Positions 38,862 to 46,497 of a stretch of 64,000 nt of DNA are shown here, piece after piece. Source of the stretch: Candidatus Woesebacteria bacterium UBA5073 (lineage in GTDB: Bacteria > Patescibacteriota > Microgenomatia > UBA8517). A program made the translations under genes and the position numbers. The notes under the pieces were generated by a model. The model ran no database searches. It was not told the DNA's origin and saw only the letters and a program-made list of their open reading frames with translations. The stretch is from the NCBI GenBank assembly GCA_002415845.1, contig DIAR01000010.1:12920-76919 (forward strand), written 5' to 3'. The number at the start of each line of letters is the position of its first letter. Position 1 is the stretch's first letter.

Positions 38862-39512
38862 ATGGCACCTAATTGGCGAAAAGAATATTCCCGTTATCAA
38901 ATCATCTTTGCAAAGGTTTTGGAAGTTTATCGAAAAAGACCGGACGTCAAAACTTTTCTTGAACTACTTCTGACTCTTTCGACTGTGGCTATTTTTACTG
39001 TTTTTGCTTTAAAACCAACTGTCATTACCATTATTCAACTTCTAAAAGACATTAAAACCAAGGAAACGGTCATTGTACAAATGGATACCAAAATCAAAGC
39101 CTTGGCTAGTGCCCAAAACCTTTTTTCCCAAGAAGCCAGAAGAATCGTTTATGTTACCAAGTCAGTTCCGGAAAAAGCCTTACCGGAAAACCTTGTCCGT
39201 GAATTGGAGGGTTTGGCCCAAAAGAACGCCGTCACCCTAAACAGTGTTTCAATTAACGAATTAACCCTTCTTGGGGTAAGTACCGAAAAGGTTAATCCAA
39301 AGGAACAAATTTTTCTTCAGGGAGCCAGTGGGCTAGCTTTTACCGCCAACACAAATGCCGACTTTACCGTCCTGCTACCTTTCTTAAAAGATTTGGAAAA
39401 GTTTTTGCGGCCGGTTGTTCTTGACAGCTTTTCCATAGCCACGGGTGTCAATCAAGAAACCAAAACAATCAACATGTCTATTTCAGGCAAGGTTCCGTAT
39501 TTGAGTAAATAA
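38862..39512 (+). CDS. pilO: Type IV pilus assembly protein PilO-like
   Basis: 216 aa. Short N-terminus, TM helix (LLLTLSTVAIFTVFAL), coiled-coil and a C-terminal alpha/beta domain. Lies immediately after the pilN-like gene, separated by 3 nt. Confidence 0.4.
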   Translation: MAPNWRKEYSRYQIIFAKVLEVYRKRPDVKTFLELLLTLSTVAIFTVFALKPTVITIIQLLKDIKTKETVIVQMDTKIKALASAQNLFSQEARRIVYVTKSVPEKALPENLVRELEGLAQKNAVTLNSVSINELTLLGVSTEKVNPKEQIFLQGASGLAFTANTNADFTVLLPFLKDLEKFLRPVVLDSFSIATGVNQETKTINMSISGKVPYLSK

Positions 39513-39514
39513 TT

Positions 39515-39847
39515 ATGCCCAAAAAACAAAAACCATTTTTTGTAAGAATTGTTATCCTTTCAACCGTCACGGCCATTGTCTGGGTTGGATCAACTATTTA
39601 TAAAACCGTTTCAAAAAAAGAGGAGCCGAACATTCCCGTCCAGATATTAGAACCCCTGACTCCGACTTTAGACAAAAAGGTACTTGACGAATTAGAGAAT
39701 CGGGTGTTTCTTGAAGAGAGCACAATCCCTGAAACAAGGGTTGAGGTTGGTGTTCAAGCAGCAACACCAAAACCGGTTGAAACGATTGCCCCGGAGGAAA
39801 CACCTGTGGCGACCGAATCAGGAGAAGAAGCAGGAGAAGAAATATGA
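39515..39847 (+). CDS. Small single-pass membrane protein, acidic Pro/Glu-rich C-terminus (hypothetical; PilP-like position)
   Basis: 110 aa. N-terminal TM helix (FFVRIVILSTVTAIVWVG). Overlaps the next gene by 4 nt. Confidence 0.35.
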   Translation: MPKKQKPFFVRIVILSTVTAIVWVGSTIYKTVSKKEEPNIPVQILEPLTPTLDKKVLDELENRVFLEESTIPETRVEVGVQAATPKPVETIAPEETPVATESGEEAGEEI

Positions 39848-41166
39848 AAAAAAGAAATAAAATCCCGACGGTTATTGGTTTCTTTGTCCTTGTCTTTGGA
39901 CTGGCAGCCGGAGTTTTTCTGGTTCAAACTAAACAACTTTTTAAGACCAGTGCCTCGCTTGATACTACCCCCTCTTCGGTTCAGATTTCCAACACGACCG
40001 ACAGTTCTTTTACAATTACCTGGCTTACTTCCAAGGAAACAACGGCTTTTGTTAAGTTGGGTGACAGTGCCAGTCTTGATCAAACTTTAACCGATGAAAT
40101 TGCCAACCCGTCTTTTACCCATTCGATAACCGCAAAGAATTTAACACCGGGGACTCCCTACTTTTTTAAAATCAATTCCGACGGAACTGATTTTGACAAC
40201 AACACTACTCCCTGGCAAGCCCAAACCGGACCTACCTTAACGGGAACGGCCGGCTTTAGCGTTAATGCTTCCGGAACGGTTTTGGACCAAACTTCAACTC
40301 CGGTTGAAAAGGCTTTGGTTTTCTTAAATATCGGTGGAGGGGTAACTCTTTCCGGAGTAACTTCCCAAAATGGCACCTGGGTTATTCCTATTAACGGCGT
40401 TAGATTATCCGATCTGTCGGGTTATCTTAATGTTGACCCGACCCAAACTTTAATTGAGATTTCGGTTAATGCCGGACCAAACGGAATTTCAACCGCCCAA
40501 ATATATCCTCAATCGGTGGCGGCCGTCTCAACTATGGTTTTGGGGCAAGTTCATGATTTCCGAAACCTGGCCCCGGCCAATGCCGGAGGCGTTCCTTCAT
40601 CCTCACTGGAAGCACCGCTTGAAACAACCGAGTCTTCAAGTTTTAATGTTGGTGATAAAGTTTCGACACCCTCGGCCAAAAAAGTAACTCTGGATAACAT
40701 TGATAACGGTGAAATCGTTAATACCCAAGACCCAGAATTCTTTGGTAAAGCACCGGCCGGAACAACCCTAACCATTACCGTTGAATCGGACGATCCGGTA
40801 ACCGAAACGGTTAAAGCTTCCGCAACTGGAACGTGGAATTGGGATCCGCCTAAAGATTTAACTCCGGGAGAACATAAAATTACCGTTAAATGGAAAGACA
40901 CCAGCGGTATTTGGCAAACCATAACCCGCACCTTTATTGTTTCAGCATCCGAAGGTCCGGCTTTTGTTTCCACCCCTTCAGCTACTTTAAAAGCAACTAA
41001 AACGGCAACACCAACAGCGACAAAAAAACCAACCGCTAAACCCTCTCCCACCGGGGCAGCCGACATCCCCGAATCTGGCAGCTTGACACCTACTCTCATC
41101 CTTTCTATTATGGGGGTAGGCGCAATTGCTATGGCTTTATTGTTTTGGAAGAAAGCCGAATATTAA
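39844..41166 (+). CDS. Secreted multidomain surface protein (FN3-like, carboxypeptidase-regulatory/CnaB-like and Ig-like domains) with C-terminal IPESG sorting-signal-like tail
   Basis: 440 aa. N-terminal signal or anchor helix. An FN3-like segment (SVQISNTTDSSFTITWLT...PGTPYFFKI), then a SGTVLDQTSTPVEKALVFL transthyretin-like domain, then an Ig-like domain. The C-terminus reads IPESGSLTPT, a 20-residue hydrophobic helix, then KKAEY. Confidence 0.6.
   Translation: MKKRNKIPTVIGFFVLVFGLAAGVFLVQTKQLFKTSASLDTTPSSVQISNTTDSSFTITWLTSKETTAFVKLGDSASLDQTLTDEIANPSFTHSITAKNLTPGTPYFFKINSDGTDFDNNTTPWQAQTGPTLTGTAGFSVNASGTVLDQTSTPVEKALVFLNIGGGVTLSGVTSQNGTWVIPINGVRLSDLSGYLNVDPTQTLIEISVNAGPNGISTAQIYPQSVAAVSTMVLGQVHDFRNLAPANAGGVPSSSLEAPLETTESSSFNVGDKVSTPSAKKVTLDNIDNGEIVNTQDPEFFGKAPAGTTLTITVESDDPVTETVKASATGTWNWDPPKDLTPGEHKITVKWKDTSGIWQTITRTFIVSASEGPAFVSTPSATLKATKTATPTATKKPTAKPSPTGAADIPESGSLTPTLILSIMGVGAIAMALLFWKKAEY
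41065..41163 (+). other. C-terminal tripartite sorting-signal-like segment: IPESG, hydrophobic helix, KKAEY
   Basis: Read directly from the translation. The DNA atccccgaatctgg is nearly identical to the equivalent site in the 43368-44039 gene. Confidence 0.5.
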
Positions 41167-41173
41167 AAACTAA

Positions 41174-42778
41174 ATGCCCAACGACCAGCCCGATCAAACC
41201 AACCCAATAAACACACTGCCCGTTAATCCACAACCGGTCACCCCACCAATTCCAGAACCAGCTGTTGTTACACCGCCAATGGATATTCCCCCAATGCCGG
41301 AACAATCAATGGAAACACCGATGGCAGACGGTTCAGCCGCTCCGTCAGTTGATATGCCACCAATGGTGACAGGCGGAGGACCAACCAAAACCAAGAAAAA
41401 ATTCGGAGGGGGAAAGTTTATTCCTACTATCTTAGGACTATTAATTCTCACCGGAGCCGTTAGTGCCGGAGCATATCTTGTTAGACAAAATCAGGATGTA
41501 AGAGAAAAAGCAGCTGGTGCTTGCGATGCTAGTCATGTTGGCGACAGGGAAATTACTAGTTGTACAACCACCGATGGATGTTCGGGGCAAATGACAAGTA
41601 CTTGCATTATGAATGGTCCAAATCTTTATTATTGGGTTGACGGCACTTGTGTCAAAAATGATGCAAATTGTCCAGAACCTGAGGTAACTTGTGTAAATAA
41701 AAATCAGAGTTGTGCCACACAACCCTGTTGTGAAGGCCAAGGAACTTGCCAAACTACCCCTTATGGAAAAGTCTGTGCAGATCCAACCTGTACTGCCGGA
41801 CAAACCAAATGTCAGGCCGAGGGATCGTCGTTCTTTGAATATACATGTCAGAATGGAGGTTTTGTTAAAACAAAGACTTGTCCTGAAGGATGTAGCGGAA
41901 ACGTTTGTGCAAATACGGCAACTTGTGTAAATCTTAGCCAAACTTGTAGTGATTCAAAACCCTGTTGTGAAGGCCAAGGAACTTGCCAAACTACCCCTTA
42001 TGGAAAAGTCTGTGCACAACCAACCTGTACTGCCGGACAAACCAAATGTCAGGCCGAGGGATCGTCTTATTTCCAATATAATTGTGACAATGGAGGTTTT
42101 GTTAAAACAAAAAATTGTGGAACTGCAGGATGCAATGGAAACGTTTGTGCGACAAGTTCGAACACTTGTACAACTACTGGTGATTGTGTGTCTTTCTGCA
42201 ATCCGGACAACCCAGCATGTTGTGGTGGCGGAAGCGACTTGCAAAATTGTAGCGAACCTGGGTGTAAGTCGGCCAGTTGTCAGTTAAACCAGGGGAAAAA
42301 GGAATGTTATTGCACCGGCACAAATTTATGTACAAATTGGATCGAAAATTGGAGTGTTTGTACGACAGCCGGAAACACGAATTCTTGTACGCCAAACAGT
42401 AAAAAATGTTATCAAACCAGATTTTGTGCCACCCCGGGAATTAATGAATATCAAATTGCTGAATGTGATTGTGGAACTGTTGTAGTTTATCCACAGTGTA
42501 GTGCCGTTAAAGCTTATAAAACCGACTGGACTGCCCTTAATACGACTCAGCTTTCAGCTCTTGCTCCCGGAACAGTGGTTAGATTTACGGTTTTAGGAGC
42601 CAACGGTACTTTTACCCAAGCCAGATTTAAAATAACCGGAGACACTACCTGGAGAACACCGGTTACGACCAAGAAACTTAGTACCGATGAGTTTTATACG
42701 GAATACACTATACCGACAACAGGTGGAACAATTACGGTTGAAGCCCAGGTGGGAACATCAACCGATGCTTGGTATTAA
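41174..42778 (+). CDS. Cysteine-rich type II membrane protein: Pro-rich cytoplasmic N-terminus, one TM helix, large extracellular Cys-rich domain with two tandem roughly 80-aa repeats
   Basis: 534 aa. N-terminal MPNDQPDQ...PPMVTGGG...KKKFGGGK, then the TM helix FIPTILGLLILTGAVSAGAYLV, then the YLVRQNQDVREKAAGA motif. About 60 Cys residues follow. Repeat 1 is CVNKNQSCATQPCCEGQGTCQTTPYGKVCADPTCTAGQTKCQAEGSSFFEYTCQNGGFVKTKTC; repeat 2 is CVNLSQTCSDSKPCCEGQGTCQTTPYGKVCAQPTCTAGQTKCQAEGSSYFQYNCDNGGFVKTKNC. Confidence 0.6.
   Translation: MPNDQPDQTNPINTLPVNPQPVTPPIPEPAVVTPPMDIPPMPEQSMETPMADGSAAPSVDMPPMVTGGGPTKTKKKFGGGKFIPTILGLLILTGAVSAGAYLVRQNQDVREKAAGACDASHVGDREITSCTTTDGCSGQMTSTCIMNGPNLYYWVDGTCVKNDANCPEPEVTCVNKNQSCATQPCCEGQGTCQTTPYGKVCADPTCTAGQTKCQAEGSSFFEYTCQNGGFVKTKTCPEGCSGNVCANTATCVNLSQTCSDSKPCCEGQGTCQTTPYGKVCAQPTCTAGQTKCQAEGSSYFQYNCDNGGFVKTKNCGTAGCNGNVCATSSNTCTTTGDCVSFCNPDNPACCGGGSDLQNCSEPGCKSASCQLNQGKKECYCTGTNLCTNWIENWSVCTTAGNTNSCTPNSKKCYQTRFCATPGINEYQIAECDCGTVVVYPQCSAVKAYKTDWTALNTTQLSALAPGTVVRFTVLGANGTFTQARFKITGDTTWRTPVTTKKLSTDEFYTEYTIPTTGGTITVEAQVGTSTDAWY
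41690..42170 (+). repeat. Intragenic tandem direct duplication, two copies of about 240 bp with long identical nucleotide stretches
   Basis: For example, ccctgttgtgaaggccaaggaacttgccaaactaccccttatggaaaagtctgtgca occurs at about 41721 and again at about 41961. actgccggacaaaccaaatgtcaggccgagggatcgtc also occurs twice. This explains the near-duplicate spurious ORFs at 41712-41930 and 41949-42287. Confidence 0.85.
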
Positions 42779-42784
42779 AAATAT

Positions 42785-43342
42785 ATGAATAATTCTAAAA
42801 AGAAAATCTCAAGTTTTGTAATTCTGTTTGCCACGGTTATTTTGGCAGGTGTTGCCATCTTTACGGCTGTAAGACTTTATCAATTAAGACAACAGGCCGT
42901 TGCCCCTAATGTTCCTACCAGTAAACCAAAGGCAGCTGATAATGCCAGCAGTTGTCTTTTAACTTTTACCATTTCCGTTTCCTCGACTTCCCCGTCGCCG
43001 ACGGCAACATCGTCCTCTCAACCGACACCAACGGCTACGGCAGTGGCGACAGTGACCCCCACTCCAACCTCAACCGGTGGAACACCAAACAATTGTGGTG
43101 GCACCTGCGGCTCAAATGCCAACTGCAACTCGGCCCTTATTTGTTATTCCGGTTTTTGCCGAAATCCATCTTGTACTTCAGACACCGATTGTGTCTGCGG
43201 AACAACAGCGCCGACACCCACTAAAACAGCTGCACCAACCGAAGAACCTTCCTTACCAGATGCCGGAGTATCAACACCAACCCTCTTTGGCTTTGGAGCA
43301 GGCATAATTCTTCTGATTGTCTCTCTTGCTCTTGCCCTTTAG
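42785..43342 (+). CDS. Small secreted Thr/Pro-rich protein with an 8-Cys knot-like module and C-terminal LPDAG sorting-signal-like tail
   Basis: 185 aa. N-terminal anchor or signal (FVILFATVILAGVAIFTAV) followed by RLYQLRQQA. A T/P-rich linker. The Cys-rich module is NNCGGTCGSNANCNSALICYSGFCRNPSCTSDTDCVCG. The C-terminus is LPDAGVSTPTLFGFGAGIILLIVSLALAL. Confidence 0.55.
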   Translation: MNNSKKKISSFVILFATVILAGVAIFTAVRLYQLRQQAVAPNVPTSKPKAADNASSCLLTFTISVSSTSPSPTATSSSQPTPTATAVATVTPTPTSTGGTPNNCGGTCGSNANCNSALICYSGFCRNPSCTSDTDCVCGTTAPTPTKTAAPTEEPSLPDAGVSTPTLFGFGAGIILLIVSLALAL

Positions 43343-43367
43343 TCTCTTTTATCGGTATAGTTAAAAC

Positions 43368-44039
43368 ATGCCAACAGATAATCAGAATCCTGCCAATCCT
43401 CTGCCACCTGAAGCACCGATGATGGTAACGGGTGGAGGGAAAGCTAAACAAAAAGTAAATTTCAAAACCATTGCCCTGATTATCGGTATATTTGTCCTTT
43501 TGGGTGGAATCGGTACCGGCTATTACCTTCTTCAACAAAATCAAGACATCAGAAAAAGAGCCCAGGGTGGTGAGGAACAGTGCACCGTATCCCAATGTCC
43601 ATCTGACGACGATCCAAATCGTCTGGCTGAATGTTCTGATTTGGATAATACATATAATATTTCTGTTTGTAGCGAAGAAAGGGCGGGTCAAATTGTTACT
43701 TGTGACGGAGAACCTTTTTGTTGTCCTTATGCTGGTGGAGACTGGACAAACGACACAACTGAATGTGGAAGCTCCCGAACAGCAACACCCACGGCAACGG
43801 CAAAACCAACTGCTACAGCTACCGCTGCATCTGGTGCAACTTTAACTCCTACCCCGACATCAACCGGCTCAAGCGGTGTTAAAACCCCTACCCCAACACC
43901 AACACCAAGAAAAACCGGGTCGACCACCACAACCGCAACACCCGCACCCATCCCCGAATCCGGTGTTTCTACTCCAACCATTGTCGGACTTGGTTTAGGA
44001 GCCCTGCTTCTTCTTGTTTCGCTTGCCCTAGCTATCTAA
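43368..44039 (+). CDS. Small secreted Cys-rich, Thr/Pro-rich protein; paralogous N-terminal anchor module (MVTGGG, TM, YLLQQNQDIRKRAQGG) and C-terminal IPESG sorting-signal-like tail
   Basis: 223 aa. N-terminal MPTDNQNPANPLPPEAPMMVTGGGKAKQK, the TM helix, then YLLQQNQDIRKRAQGG; compare the 41174 gene. A Cys-rich module with 10 Cys, a T/P/A-rich linker, and the C-terminus IPESGVSTPTIVGLGLGALLLLVSLALAI. Confidence 0.55.
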   Translation: MPTDNQNPANPLPPEAPMMVTGGGKAKQKVNFKTIALIIGIFVLLGGIGTGYYLLQQNQDIRKRAQGGEEQCTVSQCPSDDDPNRLAECSDLDNTYNISVCSEERAGQIVTCDGEPFCCPYAGGDWTNDTTECGSSRTATPTATAKPTATATAASGATLTPTPTSTGSSGVKTPTPTPTPRKTGSTTTTATPAPIPESGVSTPTIVGLGLGALLLLVSLALAI

Positions 44040-44043
44040 AGAG

Positions 44044-46497
44044 TTATCTCCAGGAGATTAACCAATAATATGATTTATCCAACCAAAGAGGAATTTGAAG
44101 TCCTGCCCAATGGGGATAAAAATAGAAAAACAACAGAAGGGTAATTCCCAGAACCGGAAGGATCAGTTTTTCATTTTTTCTTAAAACAAAACCGGACGCC
44201 AGACACATAAAAGGAACCGCGGGCAAATAGTGATAGAAAAACATAATCCTGGGCGACATCATCCAGGGAACAAAAAAGATCAGATAAGAAAAGATAACCA
44301 AAGCCAGCTTTTTATTCTTTTCGATAAAAGCATAATAAAAAGACATGATAACGGAAGTTAAACCAAACCAAAAGACGGCCGGATTCCCGAGATTATAGAT
44401 TCTGGCTACATATCCATTAACTTCATCGCTGGTATACAAATAGACCGGCCGAATCAAGAAAGGCCAACTTAAAGCCTGTGAGGTATACGGATGTGTCGCT
44501 TTCAAACCGGTATGGTACCACCACATCTGTTTTTGGACTCCCCAAAAAATATCCAAGCCGTGGCCCGTTAAAAACATGGGCGTATAAGAAGCCAAATAAA
44601 TAAGAAGCGGCACAACAGCAAAAGAAAAAAGGGACAGATCAAATTTTTTCTTTCTGGATAACCAAATCAGAAAAAGAATCGGCAGACAATACAAAGATGA
44701 CCACTTGGAAGCAAGGGCTAAACCAAAGGCAACGGCTGAAAGAAAATTCTTTTTTTGTAAGAAGAGATAAACCGTCAAAAGAATGAAAAACAAAACATAA
44801 CTGTCATTCATCCCTATCCGGCTCATCGTTAAAAACAAACCGTCCATAGAAAAAAAGAATGAGGCAATAAGCGCCAGTATTTCATCTTTGAATAATTTCT
44901 TGGCCAAGAAGTAAACCAGGATTGTGCTTCCGACGCCCAAAAGAGCTCCCGGAATTCGCCAGCCAAAAGCGTTCTCACCAAAGACAAGCATCCCCAACCA
45001 CATCCCCAATTTAGCCAACGGCGGATGCGTCCATTCATAGGCAAAACCTTCCGGTGGTGTGTTCCACCATTCCCAAGCAGCTACATTACCATTAAGCATT
45101 TGTCTGGCGGTAAAAGCATGATAAACCTCATCAAAATACTCGCTCTCTGGTTTATTCAAAAACAAAACTCGGGAAAAAAAAGCAAAGACAACAATTAAAA
45201 CAAAAAAGATTTTGATTAGTTTGGGATTTAATTTAATTTTGGGGAATCCTGCTTTTTCTTTGGGTAGCTTAAAACTTTTATTTTTAATGGAAAGATAAAA
45301 GTTTTTAATTTTCAACAGATAATTGGCCTTTTGTCCCAAAATTACTTCTTTTAAAAGAAGAGAGAAAGCAGCCAAATTAGCGATAATAAAAAGCTTGATA
45401 ATCGGTTCTGAGAAAATCTCCTTAAAATCATTAGTAATCCAAACATAGGAATAGGCCAGATTGGCAACATAAGTTAGTGATAAAACCAGATAAACCAGAA
45501 TCAGGTTGGGTAGGGAAATTGCAGCCACTAAAAGCGGTGCCAAAATTGGCAAAAGGTGTCTTTCGTGCATACGGGTCAAAAACAAAAAGGCCGACAAAAG
45601 AACTAAGGCAACCGGCAAATATTTATCTTCCCTATTCTTGGACTTTAAAAGATAAACGCCAAAAGTTAATGAAACCAAAAAGAGGCCAACGTACGATAAC
45701 GGTATTTGGGTCAGGTCTGATTTCCAGAAACCAAAAAGGCCCCAGAAATTAAAGGCATTAACCGAACCGTACGGATACTGGTTCAAAGTTACGGAAAGTC
45801 TTTCCGCTATAAAAGATAAAAGCGGTTGTCCATCCAGGAATGGAACAAAGCCTAAAGAAAAAATTGCTAAACCAACAACCCCATATAAGACAAGGTTGAC
45901 TATTTTTGTTTTGTTTTTAATTAAAAAATAAATTATGACCGGTAAAATAAATCCTGCCTGTGGTTTAATCAGCGTTCCCAACGATAAGGTAATGGCCGAG
46001 AAAAGCCAGTTCTTTTCCAAAAGATAAACGGCCAAAAGAATAAACAGAGCCGAAAGAGAATCAACCTGACCCCAAAGAGTTGAGTTGGTAATAATCGCCG
46101 GATTAAAAAAATAAAGACTGGCTAAAATTAGACTCCATTTCTCCTCCAGTTTTTTTCTGGCAATTTTAAAAATCAAAAAGCCGGTCAATAAATCCGCCAT
46201 AATCGCCGGCAATTTATAAAGTAGCACTTGGGGAAGAATTGATAGTTGGTTTATCTTTCCTAAAAGAAACAACAAATAGGGATACCCCGGAAGGTAATCC
46301 GACCAGCCCAAATAATATTTAGAAAAACCTTCATCAACCAAAATATTGCTCCAGGCCAAAAAGGTATTGAAGTCAAGTTGTAGCGTTCCGAAAAAGGAAA
46401 GAACAATCCTTAAGGTAAGAGCCGTCAGGATTAAAAACAGAATCTTGCTTTCAAGCAGTTTATTTAACTTCGTAAATTTTAACGCTATTGTTTTCAT
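44044..46497 (-). CDS. Two-module polytopic membrane protein; the C-terminal half is a GT-C glycosyltransferase of the PMT/ArnT (GT39/GT83) type
   Basis: 817 aa with more than 20 predicted helices. The second half carries a PMT-like first-loop motif (SEYFDEVYHAFTARQM ... EWTHPPLAKLG ... RIPGALLGVGSTILVYFLAKKLF ... MNDSY). The N-terminal half is another polytopic domain (NILVDEGFSKYYLGWSDYLPGYPY). Confidence 0.55.
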   Translation of the reverse strand: MKTIALKFTKLNKLLESKILFLILTALTLRIVLSFFGTLQLDFNTFLAWSNILVDEGFSKYYLGWSDYLPGYPYLLFLLGKINQLSILPQVLLYKLPAIMADLLTGFLIFKIARKKLEEKWSLILASLYFFNPAIITNSTLWGQVDSLSALFILLAVYLLEKNWLFSAITLSLGTLIKPQAGFILPVIIYFLIKNKTKIVNLVLYGVVGLAIFSLGFVPFLDGQPLLSFIAERLSVTLNQYPYGSVNAFNFWGLFGFWKSDLTQIPLSYVGLFLVSLTFGVYLLKSKNREDKYLPVALVLLSAFLFLTRMHERHLLPILAPLLVAAISLPNLILVYLVLSLTYVANLAYSYVWITNDFKEIFSEPIIKLFIIANLAAFSLLLKEVILGQKANYLLKIKNFYLSIKNKSFKLPKEKAGFPKIKLNPKLIKIFFVLIVVFAFFSRVLFLNKPESEYFDEVYHAFTARQMLNGNVAAWEWWNTPPEGFAYEWTHPPLAKLGMWLGMLVFGENAFGWRIPGALLGVGSTILVYFLAKKLFKDEILALIASFFFSMDGLFLTMSRIGMNDSYVLFFILLTVYLFLQKKNFLSAVAFGLALASKWSSLYCLPILFLIWLSRKKKFDLSLFSFAVVPLLIYLASYTPMFLTGHGLDIFWGVQKQMWWYHTGLKATHPYTSQALSWPFLIRPVYLYTSDEVNGYVARIYNLGNPAVFWFGLTSVIMSFYYAFIEKNKKLALVIFSYLIFFVPWMMSPRIMFFYHYLPAVPFMCLASGFVLRKNEKLILPVLGITLLLFFYFYPHWAGLQIPLWLDKSYYWLISWR

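Noticed and set aside
41690-42170. Possible CRISPR-like or non-coding repeat array
   Set aside because: There are only two copies, of a 240-bp unit, with no spacers. The unit is fully in frame within a CDS and encodes a duplicated protein module.
41194-42395. Several minus-strand and alternate-frame ORFs (41194-41451, 41441-41941, 41954-42244, 42174-42395, 41712-41930, 41949-42287) inside the Cys-rich gene
   Set aside because: They overlap a well-supported plus-strand CDS. They arise from the low-complexity and duplicated sequence; the two plus-frame ORFs are near-identical because of the 240-bp tandem repeat.
43727-43981. Minus-strand Val/Gly-rich ORF (MVGVETPDSGMGAGVAVVVVD...)
   Set aside because: It is the antisense reading of the ACN/CCN-rich Thr/Pro linker codons of the 43368-44039 gene.
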